Origin: an uncultured Verrucomicrobiae bacterium
GTDB taxonomy: Bacteria; Verrucomicrobiota; Verrucomicrobiia; Chthoniobacterales; JAFAMB01
Assembly: GCA_963837955.1 (NCBI GenBank)
Contig: CAWIPH010000002.1
Location: 2,112,001 to 2,176,000, forward strand
Direction of reading: 5' to 3'
Length of the DNA: 64,000 nucleotides
Part shown: piece by piece, positions 49,334-58,057 of the stretch
How positions within the stretch are numbered: the stretch's first letter is position 1
Layout of the letters: every line of letters begins with the position of its first letter
Notes under the pieces: generated by a model
The model's input: the letters and a program-made list of their open reading frames with translations, nothing else
Told to the model about the DNA's origin: nothing
Databases searched by the model: none
Position numbers and translations under genes: made by a program

Positions 49334-52300
49334 ATGATTTCGCGATTCTGCATCCAGCGGCCGATCTTTGCCATTGTTTTATCCGTCGTGATAATGATCG
49401 CCGGCCTCGGTGCGATGCTTAGTCTACCCATTGCGCAGTATCCCGAAATCTCGCCCCCTCAGGTCACGGTCTCCACCTCCTATCCTGGCGCCGATGCTGA
49501 CACTATCGCACAGGCCGTGGCAGCGCCAATCGAGACGCAGGTGAACGGCGTGGACAACATGTTATACATGGAGTCTTCCTGCTCTTCGGCGGGCCAGTAC
49601 ACGCTCTCTATTTCTTTCCAGGTTGGTACCAATCCGGACACCGCGCAGGTCCAGGTACAAAACCGGGTAAGTCTCGCCCTTCCATCCCTGCCGGACACGG
49701 TGCAGCGCGGGGGCGTCCAGACGGAAAAAAGGTCGAACTCTTTTCTGATGATTATCGGTGTCTACTCGCCGGATGGGCGCTACGACGCGGAATACATAGG
49801 CAACTACGCCAACCTCTATGTATTGGATGCACTCAAGCGCATTCCAGGCGCCAACCAGTCGTCGATTCTCGGTGTTCCTGACCTGGCGATGCGAATCTGG
49901 CTCAAGCCCGATCGCATGGCTAGCCTCGGGATCACGCCCAGCGACATTACCCGCGCGGTTTCGGCACAAAATCAGCAATTCGGCGCGGGTAGCGTTGGCC
50001 GCTCGCCGACCGAAAGTCCCGTTGCGATGACTTTCCCGATCGTGACTGAAGGACGGTTCAGCACGCCCCAGGAATTTGACGATATCATTCTGCGCGCAGA
50101 TCCGAATGGCGTCGCTATCGTGCGGCTGAAGGACGTCGGCCGCGCCGAAGTGGGCCTCAGGGACTACCTTCTGCGCTCCAAACTGAACGGCAAGCCGGCC
50201 ACCCTCATCGCCATCTATCAGCAAGCCGGTTCGAATGCGCTGGCAGTGGCGAATAATGTGCGGCAAACGCTTGGAGAATTGAAACGTAATTTTCCCCAGG
50301 GGCTCGACTACACAGTCTCGCTCGACACGACAAAGTTCGTTAAGGCATCGATCAAAGAGGTGGAGCACACTTTGTTCGAGGCGATACTCCTCGTCTTGGC
50401 CGTCGTATTCCTTTTTTTGCAAAACTTTCGGGCCACGATCATACCCACGCTTGCGGTCATCGTGTCGCTATTAGGGGCTTTCATCGGGATGTTAGCGTTG
50501 GGCTTCTCGATCAATCTTCTTACGCTATTTGGCCTAGTAGTCGCGATTGGAATCGTGGTGGATGACGCCATCGTGGTTGTCGAAGCCGTTGAGCACAACA
50601 TGGCGGCGCTTAACCTCTCAGCGCGCGATGCGGCTTTCCGCGCAATGGAAGAAGTCTCCGGACCGGTGATCGCTGTCGTGCTCGTGCTCGCGGCCGTCTT
50701 CCTGCCAACAGCAGCAATTAGCGGTACAACGGGCCAGCTTTACAAACAATTTGCCGTGACCATTGCCGTCTCAGTCGCGATCTCCGGATTTGTCGCATTG
50801 ACTCTCACTCCGGCACTCTGTGCGCTTTGGCTCAGGCCGCGTCATGGTCCGCGTCGAGGGTTCTTCGGATGGTTTAATCGCGGCTTTGATCGAGTAACCA
50901 ATCTCTACGGCTCTGGCGTAAGCTACATGATCCGACGGTCCGTCTTAGCGCTCTGCTTGCTCGCGGTAATGCTTTTTTGCACCTGGAAGCTTTTCACGAC
51001 TGTGCCCGGCAGCTTCGTGCCGCCCGAAGATCAAGGCTACGTATTGGTTGCAGCGATTCTGCCTGATGGCGCGAGCTTGGATCGGGCTGAGAAGGTTTCA
51101 GATACCATATCGGATATTTTCACTAAAGAGCCCGCAGTTAAAGACTCGTCGGTTCTCGCCGGCTACAGCTTACTTGACGGCCAATTTAAAACCAGAGCGG
51201 GGACGTTATTCGTATCATTGAAGGATTTCGACGAAAGAAAGGGTGCTGAAAATAGCGCCTTTGCGCTGATCGACCGAGTCCGGCCTAAGCTGGCTGCAAT
51301 TAAGGAGGCGATAGTCATCCCGGTTAACCCGCCATCGATCCCCGGTCTCGGTGCCCAAGGTGGATTCGAATTTTGGATACAAAGCCGCGGACAAGGTGAC
51401 GCAGGCCGACTTCAGGAGGTCGTACGTGCATTCCTGGCTAAGGCCAATCAGCGACCCGAACTTGCCGATCTCAGCGCAACCCTTGATGCGGCGTCCCGGC
51501 AACTTCGGCTTCAGGTGGATCGGGCGAAAGCCGAGACCCTCGGTGTTCCGGTTCAGGACGTTTATGACGCGGTGCAAACGCTCTTCGGGTCATTATTTGC
51601 CAGCCAATACAACAAATACAGTCGGGTCTGGCAGGTTATACTCCAAGCAGAGGCGCAATACCGGGCCAACCCCGACGACATCGACAGCATTTATGTTCGT
51701 AGCCGCTCGAACAAAATGGTGCCGCTTTCTGCCGTGGTCAGCAGCCGTTACAGCGTTGGACCGGATCTCATCCAGCGCTTCAACAACTTCCTCTCGGTGC
51801 GCGTCAACGGCAATGCGGCCAAGGGTTTCAGTTCTGGGCAGGCGATCGCGGCGATGGAAGCAGTCGCCCACGAAATCCTGCCCGAAGGCTACACCTTCCA
51901 ATGGTCCGGCCAGGCGCTCGAGGAGAAGAAATCAGGCTCGTCCTCGTCCCTCGTCTTTGTCTTCGGCGTTGTTTTCGTCTTCCTGATTCTCGCGGCCCAA
52001 TACGAATCATGGGGATTACCAATGGCAGTCATCACCGCCGTTCCGTTTGCCATTTTCGGTGCGATTCTCGGGGTCTGGCTGCGCGGATTGGAAAACGATG
52101 TCTATTTTCAAATCGGTCTGGTGACGCTGGTCGGTCTCGCTGCCAAAAACGCGATACTCATTGTTGAATTTGCTGTCCTCAAACGCCGGGAAGGTTTGTC
52201 CGTCCGCGACGCTGCTATTGAGGCGGCCCGGCTACGTCTTCGACCGATTATCATGACCTCTCTCGCCTTTATCTTTGGCATGGTGCCCATGTTCATCGCG

Positions 52301-52519
52301 GCGGGGGCCGGAGCCAATTCCCGGCACTCCGTAGCCACGGGCATCATTGGCGGAATGATTGTTGCCAGCTCAGTCGCTCTGTTGTTCGTACCTATGTTCT
52401 TTTACCTGATCCAAAGTTCCGGCGAACGCTTCGCCTCCGCGAAAAGCGCTTCGCCCAAAACCCCGCCGACGCCGGCACCGGAAAGACCACCTGGTAGTCT
52501 GCCAGCCACCGGAGGGTAG
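49334..52519 (+). CDS. RND efflux permease (HAE1/AcrB family)
   Basis: RPIFAIV, IGIVVDDAIVVVE, GLAAKNAILIVEFA, RLRPIIMTSLAF; 1061 aa. Confidence 0.95.
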   Translation: MISRFCIQRPIFAIVLSVVIMIAGLGAMLSLPIAQYPEISPPQVTVSTSYPGADADTIAQAVAAPIETQVNGVDNMLYMESSCSSAGQYTLSISFQVGTNPDTAQVQVQNRVSLALPSLPDTVQRGGVQTEKRSNSFLMIIGVYSPDGRYDAEYIGNYANLYVLDALKRIPGANQSSILGVPDLAMRIWLKPDRMASLGITPSDITRAVSAQNQQFGAGSVGRSPTESPVAMTFPIVTEGRFSTPQEFDDIILRADPNGVAIVRLKDVGRAEVGLRDYLLRSKLNGKPATLIAIYQQAGSNALAVANNVRQTLGELKRNFPQGLDYTVSLDTTKFVKASIKEVEHTLFEAILLVLAVVFLFLQNFRATIIPTLAVIVSLLGAFIGMLALGFSINLLTLFGLVVAIGIVVDDAIVVVEAVEHNMAALNLSARDAAFRAMEEVSGPVIAVVLVLAAVFLPTAAISGTTGQLYKQFAVTIAVSVAISGFVALTLTPALCALWLRPRHGPRRGFFGWFNRGFDRVTNLYGSGVSYMIRRSVLALCLLAVMLFCTWKLFTTVPGSFVPPEDQGYVLVAAILPDGASLDRAEKVSDTISDIFTKEPAVKDSSVLAGYSLLDGQFKTRAGTLFVSLKDFDERKGAENSAFALIDRVRPKLAAIKEAIVIPVNPPSIPGLGAQGGFEFWIQSRGQGDAGRLQEVVRAFLAKANQRPELADLSATLDAASRQLRLQVDRAKAETLGVPVQDVYDAVQTLFGSLFASQYNKYSRVWQVILQAEAQYRANPDDIDSIYVRSRSNKMVPLSAVVSSRYSVGPDLIQRFNNFLSVRVNGNAAKGFSSGQAIAAMEAVAHEILPEGYTFQWSGQALEEKKSGSSSSLVFVFGVVFVFLILAAQYESWGLPMAVITAVPFAIFGAILGVWLRGLENDVYFQIGLVTLVGLAAKNAILIVEFAVLKRREGLSVRDAAIEAARLRLRPIIMTSLAFIFGMVPMFIAAGAGANSRHSVATGIIGGMIVASSVALLFVPMFFYLIQSSGERFASAKSASPKTPPTPAPERPPGSLPATGG

Positions 52520-52621
52520 GGCGAAACAGATCCAACGAAGGCAGGATCTGTGAGCCTGGAATCGTGGAGCGGCCCAAAAATGTCGTCCTCGTGCTCGTCG
52601 TCGTCCTCGATTTGATCGGTG

Positions 52622-52785
52622 GAAAATCTCACGCAAAGACGCAAAGGCGCAAAGACGGATTTGAACAGAAGGTAACAGAGGAGGTAAGAAATCGAGGACT
52701 TCGCTTGAGCCGAACGTGATTTCCGTTTGCTTCTGTGCCAAACATTTTAGATTCCGCTTCCGATTCTTTGCACCTTTGCGTGAGT
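52622..52785. repeat. CGCAAAG octamer-based inverted repeat element
   Basis: CTCACGCAAAGACGCAAAG ... CTTTGCACCTTTGCGTGAG; 52622-52685 also matches the reverse complement of about 59965-60032. Confidence 0.7.
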
Positions 52786-53320
52786 CCCTATCGACAACAA
52801 AGCGCTGCTGCAAAAACGAAAGAGCTAACTACGTCAGGACAAACGAGCGAAGTCAGCCAACTTCGTTCTCTTCCCGCTGTGGGTGAACCTTTGGTGTTTG
52901 GACGCCATCCCGGGGCTTAAGGGATTCGAGATCGAAGGGTTTTAATTCGGGATCGGGGACTACCTTCGTGGGATGGAAGAGATCTTGAAGAGACTTAGCG
53001 GGCCACTCGCAATCGAACACCGGACCAATCGCACCCATGAGTAGTTCGTTAAGGATTCGGCCGGCAAAGTGTCACTGCTAATCTTGTATCAGAACGGGAT
53101 GGTCATTAATTGGAAGCGGATCTAGAGCATGTTGCATCCACAGATTTCCAAGGACGCCGGGCAAAGCTCCGTGCCCATCTCGGAAACGAATACGAGGAAA
53201 ATCGACAACAAGCCGAAGGCTCAAGGCTTGAAGAATCGAGATAGTAGTTTTACTAGTTAATTTACCGTGTTGCTAGCCGTTCAATCGGATGCGCAGCAGC
53301 GCGTCTACCGGCCTTGGGAA

Positions 53321-53516
53321 TCGATACATCCCTGACTGGTAGGGCGAAAACCTCGGCGCGCCGGAAACGTTTGGATTTCTTTTGCGTGGGTCGCGCCGGG
53401 TTTGAGCCGCCCGTTGCACCAATTGTGTTGCGTCTTTTTCCTCGCGTTCCTCAGTCGGACAGGCACGAACGGCTCAAGCCGGTACGGCTGATACCGTACC
53501 AAGCTTTCGCCCTACC
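53321..53516. repeat. Repeat family D copy
   Basis: Near-identical to 28744-28938. Confidence 0.85.
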
Positions 53517-53641
53517 AATCGGGGTCAGAACACAGACCCTACCGACGACCGAGCCATCGGAGAGGTTTGGCAGGACCGACGTTTTGTCGTCTGGCATTTG
53601 TCATTTGTCATTTCCCTCCTCCCGCCCTCCATTGTCCCCAG

Positions 53642-54292
53642 ATGCCCGCAACCTACGTAGCATTACTTCGAGGAATCAATCTCGCCGGCAAAAACAAGAT
53701 CCCGATGGCGGACCTGGAAAAAATGTTTACCAAGGCCGGATGCACCAATGTACGGACCTATATCCAAAGCGGGAACGTGATTTTCAGAGCGGCCGCTGAG
53801 ATTTCAGTGCGGCTTCCAGAGATGATCGCAGCGCAAATTAACAAACAGTTCGGATATAAAGTGCCAGTGATGTTGCGAACCGTTGAAGAGATCGGCGACG
53901 TCATTCGCGGCAATCCTTTCCTGAAAGAGGGGGCATCGGAAGATAGCCTGCACGTTCTATTTCTCGCGGATCTGCCGAATCCGCCCGCCGTGAAGAACCT
54001 TGACCCGAACCGCTCGTCGCCTGACACGTTTATTGTCCTCGGAAAAGAAGTTTACCTGCGGCTTCCCAACGGTATGGGGCGGACCAAGCTGACAAATCCA
54101 TATTTCGACTCCAAGCTCAAAACGATCAGCACCGCGCGGAACTGGCGCACCGTAACCAAACTCCTTGAACTGATGGACGGAAACGATCTGACGCCAAGAC
54201 CTGTCCGCAGCGCTTCGCGTAGTCCCGCCCGCATCGTTAGACGAAGTGTTTCGGGTGGGGATGCTGGCGGGCGCAAAGACGCCAAGCTTTGA
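53642..54292 (+). CDS. DUF1697-family protein
   Basis: YVALLRGINLAGKNKIPMADL, VRTYIQSGNVIF, TARNWRTVTKL. Confidence 0.88.
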   Translation: MPATYVALLRGINLAGKNKIPMADLEKMFTKAGCTNVRTYIQSGNVIFRAAAEISVRLPEMIAAQINKQFGYKVPVMLRTVEEIGDVIRGNPFLKEGASEDSLHVLFLADLPNPPAVKNLDPNRSSPDTFIVLGKEVYLRLPNGMGRTKLTNPYFDSKLKTISTARNWRTVTKLLELMDGNDLTPRPVRSASRSPARIVRRSVSGGDAGGRKDAKL

Positions 54293-54404
54293 TCTGCCTT
54301 CGATGCGATTCCCAAAAACTGCGTCCACCGAATCGTGAATAGCCCTTTGAAATCTTTGCGTCTTTGCGCCTTTGCGTGAAATTTTGCCTTCTGGTTTGAG
54401 ACCC

Positions 54405-54779
54405 TCAGGCATTCGCAGTCTTCCGCTTGTGGATCGTGATCGTGTTGCCGTCCGGATCAAGAATCGCGGCCATGCGACACCCGGGAAATTCCATGGGTTC
54501 AATAACAAACTTGCATCCGCTCTCCTTCAACTCCCGGGTTGCAGTCTCGAAATCCTCCACCTCGAGCGCAACTGAACCGCCATTGGGCGAGGGCTTGAAT
54601 TGCTCGGCACCGGCTCCGATGGCCAGAACGCCCGGGCCGATTTCGTATTCGATCCAGCCCGTTCCATCGCCCTCGTAGGCTGTCGTTGCCTTGAGACCAA
54701 GGGTTCCTTCGTAAAACGCGCGTGCTCTTTTTAGGTCGGTAACGGGATAAACGCTGAATGCAATTTCGTTGACTCTCAT
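54405..54779 (-). CDS. VOC/glyoxalase-family protein
   Basis: YPVTDLKRARAFYEGTLGL, VALEVED, DPDGNTITIH. Confidence 0.9.
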   Translation of the reverse strand: MRVNEIAFSVYPVTDLKRARAFYEGTLGLKATTAYEGDGTGWIEYEIGPGVLAIGAGAEQFKPSPNGGSVALEVEDFETATRELKESGCKFVIEPMEFPGCRMAAILDPDGNTITIHKRKTANA

Positions 54780-54832
54780 GGTTCATTTCCTTCGCTGGTT
54801 AGTTTGTGAATTCTACTATCTTGGGCAGCCTA

Positions 54833-54958
54833 CTATCTGCTATCTGCTATCTGCTATCTGCTATCTGCTATCTGCTATCTGCTATCTGCTATTTGCTATT
54901 TGCTATTTGCTATTTGCTATTTGCTATTTGCTATTTGCTATTTGCTATTTGCTATCCG
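54833..54958. repeat. Heptamer tandem array (CTATCTG)8(CTATTTG)9 CTATCCG
   Basis: Counted directly; the last unit supplies the TAG stop of 54952-56028. Confidence 0.95.
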
Positions 54959-56028
54959 TCTGTCATCCGTTTCCCCACAAAGTGGCTGTAGCGCTCTGCG
55001 GCTGCTGCGAAGGCCCGAGTTTCCGTCTTGTTCAGTGGAGTGAAAGGGCTGGGCGTGATCACGACTCCCTGTTTCTGGAAAACGCGCTTCCAGGTACCCA
55101 CGACCCGCCCACCTATCACGATAGTGGCCGAAAACACGCCATTATTGCCGGGGAGTATTTTTTTGGCGTGCAACGGATCCAATGAAGCGCTGCGGTCGGT
55201 GTAACCGAGCATGTACTCGTCGAAACCGGGCAAAAGATAGACCGTATTCGAGGCTTTGGGCAACGCGGGCATACCTTGAGGCATCCAATAGACTCTCCCG
55301 TCTATCGTCTCGCGCCGGAGCTGTGCTGAAACCATTTCGATACCTGCTTTGGCGTCCGAAATTTTCAGCCCTGACCACCAAACAAAATCTTGCAGCGTAG
55401 CCGGACCGTGGCCGGTGAAATATCGTCGAGCTAGCTCAGCCAGTGCCTGGTCCCGTTCCGGGCGTTGAGTTTTGGGCAACCATTCGTCTAGCAAGGCAAA
55501 GGTTGCCTGCTTGCCTCGGTGCGCGCCAAAACAGATGACTCCATCGTGGGCCAACCGCCATAAAATATGAAAACCTCGTTGGCCGATAACAGAGATATCA
55601 GCTCGTTCCAATAGCCGATACATTTCGTCGCGCGTTAGCTGCCTGTTACCTTGCAAAGCACCGATGAATAGCTTTTTTATCCGCGCAATCAATGCGTCGT
55701 CGAGCCCAAACAGTTCGTGGCGACGCGCGCTGCTGGCGATAACCCGCGGCGCCAGAAGTTCGAGCATCCAGCGCACATCGGTCGCCGCTACAAAATGCAA
55801 TGTGCCGCGCATGGGCCAAGTGCGTACGATAGTGCGATCGGCAATTGCCTGTTCGATATTCGCCTCAGCGGCATCCGGCAGGCGGAGGCCGATCGACCAG
55901 AGCGAGCCAAGATAATCCTGGGCTTGTATGGCACCGAGCGCGGCCACTACCTCGCTCGGTTTTTTGCACCCGGAACGAGCAATGTGCTGATTGAGCAAGC
56001 GGTAGCGGGCGATATCGCGTCGGGTCAT
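54952..56028 (-). CDS. HTH_42 / AlkZ-like DNA glycosylase (winged-helix)
   Basis: IQAQD (QxQ catalytic motif), VRTWPMRGTLH, RRYFTGHGPATLQDFVWWSG, LLPGFDEY. Confidence 0.85.
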   Translation of the reverse strand: MTRRDIARYRLLNQHIARSGCKKPSEVVAALGAIQAQDYLGSLWSIGLRLPDAAEANIEQAIADRTIVRTWPMRGTLHFVAATDVRWMLELLAPRVIASSARRHELFGLDDALIARIKKLFIGALQGNRQLTRDEMYRLLERADISVIGQRGFHILWRLAHDGVICFGAHRGKQATFALLDEWLPKTQRPERDQALAELARRYFTGHGPATLQDFVWWSGLKISDAKAGIEMVSAQLRRETIDGRVYWMPQGMPALPKASNTVYLLPGFDEYMLGYTDRSASLDPLHAKKILPGNNGVFSATIVIGGRVVGTWKRVFQKQGVVITPSPFTPLNKTETRAFAAAAERYSHFVGKRMTDG

Positions 56029-56130
56029 TGTGGCTTAACCAAATTGCCTTGAATCCTATTCATCACGGATTAGCCGCGCCAGAAATGTTCTCAGAACGCC
56101 TCAAGCTGAATCTTCGGGTAGTGGTACATT

Positions 56131-56409
56131 TTGAAAATTCCGAAATACGGATCTCCGGTACTTGTTGAATGGACTGATTCGTTCGGTTGTACCGATCGGT
56201 GGAGCGAAATCACTTCATGCGACCTCACTCCACCAGTTTGCTTTTCTGCTGGATGGATCGTGCAGAAAACCAAAGATGTGATTTTGGTGGAGCCCCACGT
56301 AGCCGTTGATGGAACAAAAAACCAAGGCTGTGGAGAAATGGCTATCCCCACAGCCTGTATTAGAAAAATAATCAAATTAAATCCTTCTCGTTCGAGGATT
56401 CAGAAATAA
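56131..56409 (+). CDS. Passenger hypothetical protein (VEWTDS...CFSAGW...IP..CI pattern)
   Basis: 92-aa ORF whose TTG start lies within the left TIR; converges with 56410-56547. Confidence 0.6.
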   Translation: MKIPKYGSPVLVEWTDSFGCTDRWSEITSCDLTPPVCFSAGWIVQKTKDVILVEPHVAVDGTKNQGCGEMAIPTACIRKIIKLNPSRSRIQK

Positions 56410-56547
56410 TCATTTTTTCTTTTTCTTTTTCTTTTCCTGCTTCCGCTCTTCTAACACAGCACCAGCCAAACTCCTTTCCGTCTTGCTAACTCCCTTTTTA
56501 TGGAGGGACCGTGCTGCTTCTCCGATTGTCTTTTTCTTTAAGGGCAT
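56410..56547 (-). CDS. Passenger 45-aa highly basic peptide
   Basis: Strong SD AAAGGAGGTG upstream of the ATG; MPLKKKTIGEAARSLHKKGVSKTERSLAGAVLEERKQEKKKKKKK. Confidence 0.7.
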   Translation of the reverse strand: MPLKKKTIGEAARSLHKKGVSKTERSLAGAVLEERKQEKKKKKKK

Positions 56548-56570
56548 ATGAAAATCACCTCCTTTCCCCG

Positions 56571-57392
56571 CTAATCGTTCAACAAAGCGATAACCTCTTC
56601 GATCGACCAAACGTGATCGGTCACACCGGCTTCCATCGCTGGCGTGACCCTGAGCGTTTGGTGAATGCGGCAGAAATTGTAGTGCATGAAGTGAAGAGCG
56701 ATCGCACATTCGTGATTCTCGACTTTCTTTGAGAAGCCATTCGTGAGGCGCGTAAATCTCCGCATGCTTATTCGCATCGTGAGGTTTTGCCGCTCCACAA
56801 AGCTCGTTGAGACGTGCTCGTACACAGGATCTCCGTTGATTACTGCCTTGCGAGCTCCCATGTATTGGGCTGGGCTGTAGCGGCCTTCTTCGGGTGTAGC
56901 TCCATAGATCTTGACCAATTGCGCGTAGTCCACCTCAGAGCCGAACGCATCTTCAACAGCGTACAGATATGCGCCGTGGCCATCGGTCGTCAGTTGCACG
57001 CGATTAGCAAGCCGCTCTTTCAGATCATGAATGAAATGATATGCGGCTCCGGCATTACGCGAACCAATGAACCAAGTTGGGGCAAGCTTGGTATCCGCAT
57101 CGAGGGCAACCCACGTCCAAATATCACCACCGCCAAGAGCCTTTATTTCGGGAGGACAATTCTTTTCCTTGGCGTAAACGAAGGACCATATCTCATCGCA
57201 CTGGATGCGCTTGCACGGCAGGTTTCGGAAAGCTTTGTCTTGATACTCTGAACAGAGCCGACCGAGATCGACTAAAAGCTTTTGAATTGTTGTCCGATGA
57301 ACACCAGTCATTCTCGTGACCGCACGAAGCGAGTTGCCCTCAATCAGTGCGGCAACCACGTGCTTGCGTTCTTCGGTGTCCAAAATGTTCAT
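56571..57392 (-). CDS. IS1-family transposase (single ORF, HTH + DDE)
   Basis: N-terminal EGNSLRAVTRMTGVHRTTI HTH; QCDEIWSFV, LTTDG, TSFVERQNLTMR, RRFTRLTNGFSKK. Confidence 0.92.
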   Translation of the reverse strand: MNILDTEERKHVVAALIEGNSLRAVTRMTGVHRTTIQKLLVDLGRLCSEYQDKAFRNLPCKRIQCDEIWSFVYAKEKNCPPEIKALGGGDIWTWVALDADTKLAPTWFIGSRNAGAAYHFIHDLKERLANRVQLTTDGHGAYLYAVEDAFGSEVDYAQLVKIYGATPEEGRYSPAQYMGARKAVINGDPVYEHVSTSFVERQNLTMRISMRRFTRLTNGFSKKVENHECAIALHFMHYNFCRIHQTLRVTPAMEAGVTDHVWSIEEVIALLND

Positions 57393-57407
57393 ACAAATAA
57401 AATAGCG

Positions 57408-57433
57408 TATATACTTGAGCGGTCAAGCATATA
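57408..57433 (-). promoter_or_regulatory. Palindromic operator overlapping the putative transposase -35
   Basis: TATATACTTGA-GCGG-TCAAGCATATA (10/11); minus strand reads TTGACC-N16-TATTTT-N6-ATG. Confidence 0.55.
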
Positions 57434-57488
57434 TAGGCAAAAATACACAAAAAAACATTGTAAACAAAGATTCCGGGGCGGAAAATGC

Positions 57489-57581
57489 AGGAAGCTGGGG
57501 GATTTGAACCCCCGGTACCTGCTGACACAGGTACACCCGATTCCTAATCGGGCGGTTTAAACCTAGCTCACCCAAGCTTCC
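57489..57581 (-). tRNA. Class II tRNA with tRNA-Ser-like body and AGG (Pro) anticodon; no encoded CCA
   Basis: GGAAGCT/AGCTTCC acceptor; D-arm GGT-GAGCTAGGTTTAA-ACC; anticodon arm CCCGA-TTAGGAA-TCGGG; variable arm GTACCTG-TGTCAG-CAGGTAC; T-arm GGGGG-TTCAAAT-CCCCC; discriminator U. Confidence 0.9.
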
Positions 57582-57600
57582 ACAAAAAAGCTTTACAGTG

Positions 57601-57623
57601 GCCGAGACTCAAAAGGTCTCGGC
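57601..57623. terminator. Hairpin between the winged-helix gene and the tRNA
   Basis: GCCGAGAC-TCAAAAG-GTCTCGGC, followed by a T-run on the plus strand. Confidence 0.5.
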
Positions 57624-58057
57624 TATTTTTTTTGGTAACGCGCTGGTATCCGTCCCCTCCCTTCTTTTCTGCTTTCAAGTAGCCCTTCTTTTACAAACTC
57701 CCGTAGATAGTGCGAAATATTTGAACGATTGTGCTCAAGATCAAAACGGAGAGACATATTCCGCATCCGATCTAGCACATCGCGGGCGGTAAAGTCGTCA
57801 TAGGGAGAGAGGAGGTCTAGCGCCTTTAAAACAGCATCGCGAATACCGAGCGAGACCGTTGGTTCTTCGCTGAGGGCATTCGGACCGTAGGTAGAAGACT
57901 GCGGTTCGGGCGCTACGCTTCTGAGTGGCGATAAAAGCGCCAAGGCACGTTTCTGTTCTTCCAAAAGCTCACGTTCCCTCTGAATTTCAGCTTCCCGTTG
58001 GCGCAATTTCTTCTCTTTGATACTAATTGCGAGCTCAATATGATCGAAGTCGGTCAT
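57623..58057 (-). CDS. Passenger protein: N-terminal coiled coil + C-terminal winged-helix-like domain
   Basis: KEKKLRQREAEIQRERELLEEQKRAL; FTARDVLDRM...RSNISHYLREFVKEGLLE..KEGRGRIPARY; TTGCGC-N16-TATACT just upstream. Confidence 0.7.
   Translation of the reverse strand: MTDFDHIELAISIKEKKLRQREAEIQRERELLEEQKRALALLSPLRSVAPEPQSSTYGPNALSEEPTVSLGIRDAVLKALDLLSPYDDFTARDVLDRMRNMSLRFDLEHNRSNISHYLREFVKEGLLESRKEGRGRIPARYQKK

Noticed and set aside
52800..53260. Possible gene in this interval
   Set aside because: Only short ORFs interrupted by stops; no family recognisable by eye.
54769..55185. ORFs with LLSAICY/LLFAICY repeats (also 54806-54991)
   Set aside because: Translation artefacts of the heptamer array, antisense to real genes.
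57489..57581. Ordinary tRNA-Pro, tRNA-Sec or 8/4-9/3 allo-tRNA
   Set aside because: The long variable arm, G1:C72, U73 and A37 do not fit tRNA-Pro; there is no UCA anticodon or 8/5 fold; the stems are canonical 7/5.
57489..57581. tRNA as the integration (att) site of a genomic island
   Set aside because: It lies inside the IS TIRs, and I saw no duplicated 3' fragment or integrase in the window.
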